Source: Azolla caroliniana
Lineage: Eukaryota; Plantae; Polypodiophyta
DNA: 64,000 bases
Direction of reading: 5' to 3'
Assembly (NCBI GenBank): GCA_043228905.1
Contig: JBHGNT010000018.1
Coordinates: forward strand, 14,880,001-14,944,000
Part shown: piece after piece, positions 1 to 11,819 of the stretch
Numbering within the stretch: position 1 is the first letter of the stretch
How the letters are laid out: the number at the start of each line of letters is the position of its first letter
Position numbers and translations under genes: made by a program
The notes under the pieces: generated by a model
Database searches by the model: none
What the model was told of the DNA's origin: nothing
Seen by the model: the letters and a program-made list of their open reading frames with translations, nothing else

Positions 1-1049
1 AAAACTTCGTTCGAAGTACCTCTCGCCGAACAGGTACTTGTATTGCTCCTGCTCGGTTCCCTCCCAAATAGTTGGGAGATGATGGTTGTCACTTTGGGCA
101 GCGTCGAGCCAAAAGGAAAGCAGTTGTCCCTAGCAAGGGTAAAATAAAGCTTGCTAGATGAAGAAGCTCGCCAAAAGGACAAGGAGTCCAAAACTGATCC
201 GAAGGCCTTGGTCACAAAAGATGACCATATCCGGGGAAGAGGCCGGTATCGAAGTCCCCAAAACTGGGACAAATCGGGGACGAGGTTGAAGTCAAGGGGA
301 AGGCATACTTGCTTTTATCGCGGAAAGTCAGGGCATTTCCAGAAGAATTACCGAAACTTCCGGAAATCCAAAGGGGGAGCAGACAAACCAGAACCGAAGA
401 AGATTTCGGAGAGAAGAGGAACATCGGCGATCGCGACAAGTGAAGAAGAACTGATGCTCAGTACTGAGGGGAATGAGGTAAACCTTGTCGGCGACGAGAC
501 AACGTGGGTGTCGATTCTGGAGCATCGTTCCATCTAACACCAGACCGGAAATTCTTCTCATCCTACACAACCGGAGATCACAGTTGTGTCCGAATGGGGA
601 ATGAAGGTACCTGCTAAATCATCGGCATAGGACATGTGTGGTTGACGACATCAACCGGGTGCAAGCTGCTGCTGAAGGATGTCCGACACATTCCGGAGGT
701 TCGGTTGAACCTTATATCAGCCGCTGAAGGCTACATAGGTAGCAACCGGAACGGAGTCATGAAATTCAGCAAAGGAAGCCTGATTGTGACTCGAGCCTGG
801 ACGATCAACACGATGTATCTGATGCATGCCCGGATATGTCGGGAAGAAGTGAACATAGCATCTGACATTGCCGGTGAGCTGTGGCACAAGAGACTGTGTC
901 ATATGAGCCAGAAGGGGATGAGAAGACTTGCCAAAAACAACCTAATTCCGGAGGTGAAAGACGTGCATCTTGAGAAGTGCACCGATTCCTTGGCCGGCAA
1001 GCAAAACCGAACTCCTTCCAGTCAAGACCATTGATGATACGGAATGTAC
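1..1049 (+). mobile_element. Decayed Ty1/copia element (family A), 5' part: gag C-terminus, protease, GAG-pre-integrase
   Basis: Zinc-knuckle remnant CFYRGKSGHFQKNY, protease region TWVSILE (frameshifted DSGAS), LWHKRLCH integrase zinc region. Reading continues at 16931 after the hAT insertion is removed (SFQSRPLMIRNAPLELVHTD). Confidence 0.9.
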
Positions 1050-2499
1050 CGTTGTTGTTAAAAAACATGTAGTTTATAAATAGAGTACGTCTTAGAATAC
1101 CCACACGTATTCTACCTTTTGGAACTGCCATTTTTTGTAAGCCTAAATTTCTAAATAATTTAAAATTTAATTTTCTAGGGCTTTTTTTAATAATGAAAAA
1201 AACAATTTGGGGGTTTTTGTAACGAGTGTTACAGTGTTTGCATTTTGTAGACACTAGGTTTTTACACAAGTACATGGAAGCTGCTTAAACGAAATCCAAA
1301 CTGTGAAGCTATGAATCCCTTCTTCTTCCTCCTCCCTTTCTTCCCTTTTAAGAGCTCAATGTACATACTACAAGTAACAAGGTATATTCTCCTTCGTTGA
1401 TTTCCTTCTTTCTTCTTAAAAAATTCTTGAAATCTAACAACCTCCTAGTTTGCGGTTAACTCAAGAGAGATCAATTCCTGTCGATTGAGGGATATATTTC
1501 TACTTGATTCTTCCTATTGGAACTTCTATCGATTTTGATCTAAAAGTGAACTTATTTAGGAGAAAATTTGCTTTTTTCCTTCTCCCTACATGTAATGAAA
1601 ATTTTGAAGAGTCATCCATCTACTAATTATCTGATGTGACTCCATTAATCTTCAATTCATTACCTGCAATTTCGATATATATTATAGGAAATTATCTCTT
1701 TATTCACCCGTTTTAGTTTTTGATGTTCTTGAAAATGTTAATTCTTTGGAAGGCATGCATATTGGATGGGCTTAATTAGGGATTCCTCTCCCTAATTTAG
1801 TGACTTTTTTCCTGTCAAAATGCTTCAAGTTCTGTTGATTAACTGATTTTCATTCATAATTGAGGAGAAATTGCTTCTAAACTTAGATGTAAGTAAGGAG
1901 GAATTTCCTTTCTTTCCATTGATCTTGTATGATTAAGCAGTAAATTGGAATAAATTAGGAAGAAATAATGGGTAAAAGCATGCGAGTGGAAACACTATTA
2001 TAGCTAATTAGCTACTAAAATGGTCATATCTAATTAGCTATTTGTTTAGCTAGTCTTTTTTGTGGGAAAATCAAATATTTGAAAAACTAATTTATGAAAA
2101 AACTTAAATATTTGAACTTCTGTTTCAGACGTAGTGGAACTTGGGGAATAGCACCATCATCTATTTAGCCTAAGTCTGATTTTGAACGCAAATGGAGTAC
2201 TCAGAGCACGAACGCAGACGTAGCTCCCGCAACAGCAGAAAATCAACATTACAGATTGAGAGCTACAACACAGAACCCGCTCGATCATCGTCCAGGTATG
2301 TTTCAGTTACAAAAACCCAAAACATTTGTTTTTTCTTTTTGACTACTATCTGAACTTTGGTGCTGATTCATATTTCCCCAAAATCGAATAGGGCGAAGTC
2401 CTTAGAGTCCCATACAAGGATGTCTCGCAAATCGGGGAGTAGCAACAGGTGTGTTTATATTACTTTTTTTGTGTTTAATCCTGTCTTTAGTGATGATTG

Positions 2500-2960
2500 G
2501 GGTTTCTGATTGAAATTTCTAATTAGGGTTTTTGTTTATAAATTTCTGATTAGAATTTTTTATTAGGGTTTGTGATTGAAATTTCTGATTAGGGTTTCTG
2601 ATTGAAATTTCTTATTAGGGTTTTTGATTATAAATTCCTGATTAGAATTTCTTAATAGGGTTTTTGTTTATAAATTTCTGTTTAGGATTTCTAATTTTTT
2701 ATTAGGGTTTTTGATTATAAATTTCTGATTAGAATTTCTGAATAAGGTTTCTGGTTACAAACTTCTGATTACAGATTTTGATTAGGGTTTTTGATTTCAA
2801 ACTTCTGATTACAGATTTTGATTAGGGTTTCTGATTTCAAATTTCTGAATACAAATTATGATTAGGGTTTCTGATTTGCTAAGTTAAAGATTTTGCACCA
2901 TTTTTGTTGTTGTTGATCGGGGTTTCTGATTCTCACATATTCTGATTTTGCACTATTTCT
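2500..2960 (+). repeat. Degenerate tandem repeat containing ttagggttt (telomere/telo-box-like core) in a 5' intron of the accessory gene
   Basis: Repeated units such as attagggtttctgattgaaatttct, lying between a GT donor at 2449 and the AG acceptor at 2981-2982. Confidence 0.8.
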
Positions 2961-4327
2961 GATTTCTAAAATGATATTTCAGATGGCTCGTTCCTCCGTA
3001 TACGAGAGTGCTAAACCTCGCAAAATTTTGTGAGACAAAGGAAAGGAGGACTTCCACAACACCTATGGTCTGTCACTCGAGGGTGTTGACCCTGCTGTCC
3101 TAAGTGATAAATTGATCAGTGATGTAGACTGGATGGCAGTATATACAGTGCCTAGAGTCAAAGGCAAGGTCAAGTTGAAGCATGTACAAGCCGACTTGTA
3201 CGATGACTGCATGAGACTGCACCAGAAAGTTCATCAGGAGATCCCAGTCAACAATGAGTTCTCAGTTTCATTTGCTAGAGCATTTGCATATGAGTACTGC
3301 AAAACAGCGAAGGAATCCAGAGACCCTGAAATGTATAGGGTAGCTTGGGCAGTCTATGGTGAGGCATCGGTAAAAAGATGCCGAAAGATGGGGACCTTGG
3401 CACAAAAAATAGACAGATTTGGGAGCATGGCAGCTGTTGATGCAACTGCCGACTCCCAGCAAGACCAGGGGCATACACCACACGGATACCCAAGGAAAGC
3501 CAATGTCGATGATACAGGTGAGACATTGGTTAGCTATATGCTAAAAAATGTCCATGAAGCCTGTGAGACATTGGCATTCTTTAAGACTGATTTAGAGAAA
3601 GCCACAATGGCTTCTGCAATGGAGAGCAAAGTTACTTTCGTTGTTACAACGATTAGAAATAAGATTCAGGTAACTATTGTTTTGCTGGTATGTGATTGTG
3701 TTATAAATAACTTTAAGGGTAAAATGTGCCAATCAAGCATTATTTGGAATAGGTTGCGCAACAGGAGCTTGAATTATAGGGGCCACTAGATCCCCAGCGT
3801 AAAATACAACTGCAAATAGAGATCCAGGTTCTTTCAATGAACCTGGACCTTCTAGGTGTAAATACTGTTGCAAATTACAATTTGGATAAGCTTCAAGTAA
3901 GTTAACGATTCTTGAGCAAAGTTGGTGTATCTTTCAACAACAGGAATAATTAATCGGTAAATTTCTCTGTTGCGTTGAAGGAACAATACATTCATCAAGA
4001 ACAGGTAGTTAGCTGCCTTAAGAAGCAGCTACATTTTGTGGAGGGAATGGTAAGGACCAAACAGGATTTGGACCTGAACATTCTTGCTCCCTTACCAAAT
4101 GAAGCAGAACCAGAAAATGATTTATTGACAGTTCAAGCACGTTGCATCGCTTGCGGGTTAGGTGTGGAGGACAAAACTGCGTCTTTGTTGGTTCAACTAC
4201 AACCATGCAACCACACATACCATCTGCTTTGTTTTCAACATGCCTGTCGAATTGCTGCATTCTGTTTGGGAGATTGCAGTACAGCTCTACCAAATGAGTG
4301 GAGAAAACTAACAGGTATACCATACTA

Positions 4328-6030
4328 TAGCTAATAAGCTTAGTCTTTTCTAATTAGCTATCTTACTAGCTAATTAGCTACTGGCAGCTAATGAGCTACT
4401 AGCTAATTAGCTATCCTAGTAGCTAATTAGCTATGGTACTAGCTAATTAGCTAGTACCATAGTTGTGTAAAAAAGCTAATTAGCTATCCTACTAGCTAAT
4501 TAGCTACTAGCAACTAATTAGCTATCCTAGTAGCTAATTAGCTATTGCCATAGTTGTGTAAAGTAGCTAATAAGCTATCCTAGTAGCTAATTAGCTATCC
4601 TAGTAGCTAATTAGCTATGGTACTAGCTAATTAGCTAGTACCATAGTTGTGTAAAAAAGCTAATTAGCTATCCTACTAGCTAATTAGCTACTGGCAACTA
4701 ATTAGCTATCCTAGTAGCTAATTAGCTATCCTAGTAGCTAATTAGCTATCATAGTAGTTAATTAGCTACTAGCAACTAATTAGCTATCCTAGTAGCTAAT
4801 TAGCTATCATAGTAGTTAATTAGCTACTAGCAACTAATTAGCTATCCTACTAGCTAATTAGCTATCATAGTAGCTAATTAGCTATTGCCATAGTTGTGTA
4901 AAGTAGCTAATAAGCTATCCTAGTAGCTAATTAGCTACTGGCAGCTAATTAGCTATCCTAGTAGCTAATTAGCTACTGGCAGCTAATTAGCTATCCTAGT
5001 AGCTAATTAGCTACTGGCAGCTAATTAGCTATCCTAGTAGCTAATAAGCTATCCTAGCTACTACATAGTTGAGAAAGTAGCTAATTAGCTTTCATTGTAG
5101 CTAATTAGCTATCCTACTAGCTAATTAGTTATCGTAGCTACTACCATAGTTAGTAAAGTAGCTAATTAGCTATCCTAGCTACTACCATAGTTAGTAAAGT
5201 AGCTAATTAGCTATCCTAGCTACTACCATAGTTGAGTAAAGTAGCTAATTAGTTATCCTAGCTACTACCATAGTTGAGTAAAGTAGCTAATTAGCTATCC
5301 TAGCTACTACCATAGTTGAGTAAAGTAGCATAGTAGCTAATTAGCTATCCTAGTAGCTAATTAGCTATCCTAGCTACTACCATAGTTGAGTAAAGTAGCA
5401 TAGTAGCTAATTAGCTATCCTAGTAGCTAATTAGCTATCCTAGCTACTACCATAGTTGAGTAAAGTAGCTAATTAGCTAGCTATCCTAGCTACTACCATA
5501 GTTGAGTAAACTAGCTAATTAGCTAGCTATCCTAGCTACCACCATAGTTGAGTAAAGTAGCTAATTAGCTACCATAGTAGCTAATTAGCTAGCTATCCTA
5601 GCTACTACCATAGTTGAGTAAAGTAGCTTATTAGCTACCATAGTAGCTAATTAGTTATCCTAGCTACTACCATAGTTGAGTAAAGTAGCTAATTAGTTAG
5701 CTATCCTAGCTACTACCATAGTTGAGTAAAGTAGCTAATTAGCTACCATAGTAGCTAATTAGCTATCCTAGCTACTACCATAGTTGAGTAAAGTAGCTAA
5801 TTAGCTACCATAGTAGCTAATTAGCTATCCTAGCTACTACCATAGTTGAGTAAAGTAGCTAATTAGCTATCGTACTAGCTAATTAGCTATCCTAATTAGC
5901 TATCATACTTGCTAATTAGCTATCGTACTAGCTAATTAGCTATCCTAATTATCTATCGTACTAGCTAATTAGTTATCCTAGCTTCTACCATAGTTTAGTA
6001 AAGTAGTTAATTAGCTATCCTAAATAGCTG
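4328..6030. repeat. Array of the palindrome TAGCTAATTAGCTA with short spacers and higher-order units; fills an intron
   Basis: Directly visible: dozens of copies separated by tcctag/ctggc/tcatag spacers, plus longer units containing ctaccatagttgagtaaag. Confidence 0.95.
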
Positions 6031-6977
6031 CCATGTTATTGTAGAATCTTGTGGATTAAGGACGGCACATGATGTGTCTGGTGTTGATGACGTTGCAACA
6101 GATGAGGATATTGCTGCCAACGTGGCTGAAAGTAAGAGTCCTGCTATCACATCTCCTTCAGATCAGCTCCACCCTATTCTTTTGGAACAGTGTACTGAAT
6201 TAGATAACGATGTGAAATGCCATGAAATAGTGGAAACAACATGTAAAACTGAGGTTCACAACAACAGTGTTTATGAACACTTGATGCAACATTTCTTCGA
6301 ATCTCAAGACCTTGATTCCACCCCATCGAGCCCAACTACTGAAAATGTCCAAACAGATCCCTCTGTACTTGAAAAGCTAGTTCAAGAAACGACTGATGTG
6401 CAATTAGCTGCTGAGGCGATGGGAAGGTTATCGGAGGAGGACACACTTGCGCATTGGGTGAAAGAAGCAAGGCTAAAATGGGGAACCGACCAGAAAAAGG
6501 TTGAAGAAGGGGCCACGATCGGGAACAAGACCAGTTACTCGGTCAAGGGGCCCAGACGTAGTGGAGCGAAATACTGTTTAGTTGGATATGATTGTTAGCT
6601 TAGGGATTTTGCTAGGGTTTTATGAAGTTTTACTATCCTGTTGGACAAGTAAAACCTCAGATTGGTTGTTGCTTGATCCACATTATGTAATGGAACTCTA
6701 TGATATTTTTCCAAGATAATTTGAAGAGTGTTGTTCTATGACTGAAACTCTTTGATGTTCAGGATATTGTTTTGTGAGACTGTTAGTTACTTTGCGAGTG
6801 TGAATATGTTGGTGTTTTCTGATGTTGCAGAGTCTAAAGGGTTTGATTCTATTGCTCGTAAGGCCAATGGCAGTGTGGATACTGTTGATGTTGCGGCATG
6901 TTTAAAGGGCCCCATCTTGAAAGTAGATGTAGCAACTAACACAAGTGATCTGGTCACACAAGTTGATCAAGCATGTT

Positions 6978-7095
6978 GCACGGATGACTTGGTGTTGCAG
7001 GTAGATGCAACATGTAGCACGGATGACTTGGTGTTGCAGGTAGATGCAGCATGTAGCACGGATGACTTGGTGTTGCAGGTAGATGCAACATGTGA
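6978..7095 (+). repeat. 39-bp coding tandem repeat x3 (TDDLVLQVDATCS)
   Basis: gcacggatgacttggtgttgcaggtagatgca(a/g)catgt at 6978, 7017 and 7056. Confidence 0.9.
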
Positions 7096-9409
7096 TACCA
7101 GTGAATTGATATCGAGCAGATCAGTAGCTACATGCACCGAGGTAATCCAAGGATTGATAACTAAGTCGACAAAACAAGAGCATCAGAATGTGAAGCCAGG
7201 CCCAACACAGTCGACTAGGGGTTTGAAGAGGAAAAGGACGCCAGTTGTGTCGGCCGAACCTGAGCTGATTGGGATTAATCGTATCCTACCAGAAAATGGT
7301 GTAACAGCGGCTCAGTTTCAGGAATGGAAACCTAAACCACTAGAAGTCGAAAGAAGAGCCTTGATCTTGGAGCTTGATAAAGTCTTGATGAGTGTGAGAT
7401 ATATGCAACCAAGGAGGGACGCTAATCAGTTTCTAGAGTGGGGTGTGCAATACTTTGATTTGTTTATTTGGAGTGAAAAACCAAAATCAGATGTGTGGAA
7501 GTGTTTGGCAAGATTCTTCCCAAAATGGCGAAGTCATTTTAAAGGTCAATGGGCACGAGAAAATTGTGAGCAAATGGAAGCTGCAAGATTCAAGAGACTT
7601 TCTGATTTTTGGGCTACTTGGCCTGAATATAATGCCGACAATACATTGATTTTGGATACAGAACATTTCCGGCACTACTTCAATATTCGGAGATGCTGTC
7701 TCATTCTACCCGAGGAAATGCCTGAACAGTACTTGGTGCAAACAGTGAGCTGCCAACTAGGTGCATGGTTGTGGACTCCATACCGAGCTCGATATGTGGA
7801 TAATATATGTAGACTCGTTCCACTGACTAGCAAGAGCTTAGCTGTTTATAGGAGCTTTGTAGACATTTCCAATGGTAATTTATAAATATGTAAAGAGATG
7901 ACATTATTCAATGAAGAATTTAATTACTTGTTCCCACTGTACTTATCTACTGTGTAATTTGAGGAATATGTTGCAGATTGTTGATTTCATGCTATTGATG
8001 ACTATTTAGCTATTGACAGCTAATTAGCTGCATTTGTATAGCTAATTAGCTACTAATGACTATTTCGCTCTAACTTATAACTTAAAACTTAACAAAAAAG
8101 ACATGATTTTATTGAGAAAGAAGCACAGAAAGCAGACTGTATACAAGAAATTGATTCCAAACGAATTTATTTAACTGTTTTCGCGAAATACATGTTTGTT
8201 TTACAAGAGAACATGGTAAGTGCTACTTGTAGCTACAAATTCCATGGCATACTATTGTAAATACATTCATACACATTAGCACCAACAGTGTATAAAGCTG
8301 AGCAGCTATTGTATTCTGACATTGGGACGTTGATGCACCTGACCAAATGAGAGTACATCTATGCTATTGGTTTGTCTTCTAATAGCCTGTACACATATTC
8401 GTAGCCATCTAGTTTTGCATAAAAAATGCCTTCGATGTAGAATGTCCCGGCAGATACAAAATTTCCCCATGCATCTACAATATTCTGCCTTGCACACTGT
8501 TTACTAACCGTGCACTTTAATATATAGAAATCAGCACCCTCTGAATTGCCTTCTTCAGCATTTACAACAAAGTTATCCCCAACGTTCAGGACATCACTCA
8601 AAGTATCTCCAAGTCCCTCATATGTGAAGTCAGCATTCTGCCCTGTTTCTCCATCAACTGCTTCCTTATCATTCAGAGTGTGATACTCCCAATTCTGAAT
8701 GTATGCTTTGTTTAGACAATATCTCAAATTTCCCTGCACACAATGGAAGCAAAAACAAGTCAATTCTCTAACCGCAATACAATGACCATCCAACCTGGAA
8801 TAACCGCGAACAGCCATGAATAAATGAAGTTGTGTTTAATGAACTTTCCTAGAGATACTACAAACAGAGACACCAAATCCCTTGGTTTAAGCATCTTCCG
8901 AACTAGATCCTTTCTTTTACACACCTTTCCTTCAAAATTGGTGTTCACTGACTCAAAGAACTTCACAGATATCAATATCACTACTCAATTCATTTGGACA
9001 CCACCTAAATCTAGTAGGGCCACAATCTTGACATAAACCCATGACACATTTATGAATATGGAAGATAGCGTCAGTTTCTCTCAGACACAATATTGAATCT
9101 AATAAATAACTCATGGAAGAGATAACGTGCTCAGATGATTTACACTTCTCTTGCGGGCTTGATCGACAGATTGGGCACCCACATGTGCAAACTGTATTAG
9201 TTAGGGATGCGCTATGGTGACATAGTAGATTAACAGAGTCCTTCAGAAAACCCATCTGTACATGGTAAATGCAACAACATGTGTATCGATCCTTTAAGCG
9301 TCTCACAAAGTGTGGCTTAAGAGACTCAAATGTTCGTAGTTGAACTTTGATAGTTGGATGCATTCGTTTGAACCTAATAAATAAATCAACCTGCGTAATA
9401 AAGGGGAAT

Positions 9410-10530
9410 TAGTTATTCTCGTAACTAGCTAACTATCCTAGTAGCTAATTAGTTATTCTAGTAGCTAATTAGCTATTCTAGTAGCTTATTAGCTATTCTA
9501 GTAGCTAATTAGCTATCATGGTAGCTAATTAGTTGTCCTAGTAGCTAATTAGTTGTCCTAGTAGCTAATTAGCTATCATGGTAGCTAATTAGCTGTCGTA
9601 GTAGCTAATTAGCTATCATGGTAGCTAATTAGCTATTCTAGTAGCTAATTAGGTATCATGGTAGCTAATTAGCTGCTCTAGTAGCTAATTAGCTATCATG
9701 GTGGCTAATTAGCTTTCCTAGTAACTAATTAGCTATCATGGTGGCTAATTAGCTGGTCTAGTAGCTAATTAGCTATCATGGTGGCTAATTAGCTTTCCTA
9801 GTAACTAATTAGCTATCATGGTGGCTAATTAGCTGGTCTAGTAGCTAATTAGCTATCATGGTGGCTAATTAGTGGGTCTAGTAGCTAATTAGCTATCATG
9901 GTGGCTAATTAGCTGTCGTAGTAACTAATTAGCTATCATGGTAGCTAATTAGCTGGTCTAGTAGCTAATTAGCTATAATGGTGGCTAATTAGCTGTCCTA
10001 ACTAATTAGCTATCATGGTAGCAAATTAGCTAGTCTAGTAGCTAATTAGCTATCACGGTGGCTAATTAGCTATCCTATTAAGCTAATTAGCTATCATGGT
10101 AGCTAATTAGCTTTCCTAGTAGCTAATTAGTTGGTAATAACGAAATAGCAAACTAGCTACCAGTACAACTAATTATCTGGTAGTACCTAAATTAGCTATT
10201 GAGAATAGCTAATTAGCTATCATGGTAGTAGTTATTGAGAGTAGCCAGTTACCTATGTAGTAGCTATCCTAGTAGCTAATTAGCTATCATGGTAGCTAAT
10301 TAGCTTTGCTAGTAGCTAATTAGTTGGTAATAACGAAATAGCTAACTAGCTACCAGTACAGCTAATTATCTGGTAGTACCTAAACTAGCTATTGAGAATA
10401 GCTAATTAGCTATCATGGTAGTAGCTATTGAGAGTAGCCAGTTACCTATGTAGTAGCTATCCTAGTAGCTAACTGAGGTAAATGTAACTGATAAGCTAAT
10501 TAGCTTTTCTGCTAACTAAGCTAATTAACT
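9410..10530. repeat. Second TAGCTAATTAGCTA palindrome array (about 20-bp period), filling the transposase intron
   Basis: gtagctaattagctatcatg / gtagctaattagctattcta units, lying inside intron 9391-10573. Confidence 0.95.
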
Positions 10531-10608
10531 TTCCATGTAGAGTCAAAACAAATGTTGAGATAAATGTAAATACTTGAGGTACATCAAGAAGATGAATGGG
10601 ATGCTCCT

Positions 10609-10912
10609 CGTATTGATTTCTTCCAACACGTTTCCTGCATAAATCCTTTTTATTGGGTGAAACCCTACTCTCATTAGTCCAAAACATTGTGATTACATCC
10701 TTGATTTCATCGTATTGATTTCTTCCAACACGTTTCCTGCATAAATCCTTTTCATTGGGTGAAACCCTACTCTCATTAGTCCAAAACATTGTGATTACAT
10801 CCTTGATTTCATCGTATTGATTTCTTCCAACACGTTTCCTGCATAAATCCTTTTCATTGGGTGAAACCCTACTCTCATTAGTCCAAAACATTGTGATTAC
10901 ATCCTTGATTTC
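10609..10912 (-). repeat. 102-bp in-frame coding triplication (34 aa) in the transposase N-terminal region
   Basis: cgtattgatttcttccaacacg recurs at 10609, 10711 and 10813; EIKDVITMFWTNESRVSPNEKDLCRKRVGRNQY x3. Confidence 0.95.
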
Positions 10913-11819
10913 AAATGTTATGGGTGTCATTGGCTTACATCTTGTAGTTAGCTTTAGTAGACTAGTTCCTTCACCCGAGGAAATTATACGGTTCATTGTA
11001 TTGTACACTGCTTTTCTACTAACACCAATTACCTTAGATAGCTCACTGATGTTTATATCGTCAACATCATTATTAAGTAATATCATTAGACTAGACCTTT
11101 TTAAGACAATATCATCTTCTGACCTGCTCATGGATACGAAACTATTACGAAGATTATTTACTAAAATAGATGATATGTTTGCATTAAGACCATCACAATC
11201 AACTAAGTCCTTTATCGATGGATCATTACATATTCCATAAAGTACTACCTTCTTTTCTTCATTGCTGATGTGCTTGGTTTGAACATTGAAATAGTCTACA
11301 ACCTTTCTCTCTATGATGGTAGTCGCATTACTTACATTCTCAGCTAAACTATCCTTACCTTTACTGAGTGTGGCTTTCGTATCCTTCAACAATTGACGAT
11401 GTTTCCTTTTTTTTTCTGCCCAATAGTTTCGTATGGCTTGTTGTGTCCTGATAGCATCATCCCTATCCTTATGATCATTGAGGGGTAATTCTAAACACCC
11501 TTCTTCCCCTTCCATTTGGCTGGACATGTTAAAACCCTAAATTTCCAGAAAAAAAAACAAGTATTAAGATGGCTATGGGCAACAACAATACACAAAAATA
11601 TTCCACAATACACAAGATTAGACACAACAATACACAAGATAATCAATAGACAGAAAAGTTATTGCAATCCAAGACCGAAAAGTAGAGGATTTCACTCCGT
11701 TGGATCGAACAGTTGAGGAGGCGATCCAAGACCGACCAATGGCGACAACTGAGTGTAGAATGTTGCCGTTGGATGAGTGAACTCTGTCAAATCGAAATGT
11801 GGAAGCAATCCGGGACTGG

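Larger units (their letters stand above)
2983..7885 (+). pseudogene. Multi-exon transposon accessory gene: unknown N-terminal domain, coiled coil, RING-H2 finger, acidic linker, 13-aa repeats, FCP1/NIF-like HAD domain
   Basis: ATG 2983 is in frame with ORF 3112 (TGA at 3031). In-frame GT-AG introns at 3670-3752, 3897-3980 and 4315-6044. RING CIAC-x17-CNHTYHLLC-x10-CLGDC in ORF 3975. ORF 6752 has ALILELDKVL...RRDANQFLEW...FDLFIWS...KRLSDFW..WPEYNADNTLILDT. The join between the 6045 exon and the 6831 exon is uncertain. At least two premature stops. Confidence 0.65.
8233..11527 (-). pseudogene. Sola2-like transposase, internally deleted (catalytic DDD core absent)
   Basis: Exon 11527-10574 splices through GT-AG intron 10573-9391 in frame: HLLDVPQ|VDLFIRFKRMHPTIKVQLRTFESLKPHFVRRLKDRYTCCCIYH...CVMGLCQDCG. 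A frameshift near 8975 leads to KDLVRK...KFIKHNFI, then an abrupt jump near 8822 to the C-terminal VRELTCFCFHCVQGNLRYCLN region. Premature TAG at 8359-8361; likely true stop at 8233-8235. Confidence 0.7.

Noticed and set aside
2500-2960. Interstitial telomere
   Set aside because: TTAGGG cores are separated by other sequence; no contiguous (TTTAGGG)n run.
4328-6030. Palindromic repeat with short spacers as a CRISPR-like array
   Set aside because: Spacers are only a few bases long and are themselves repeated; the array is intronic satellite-like DNA.
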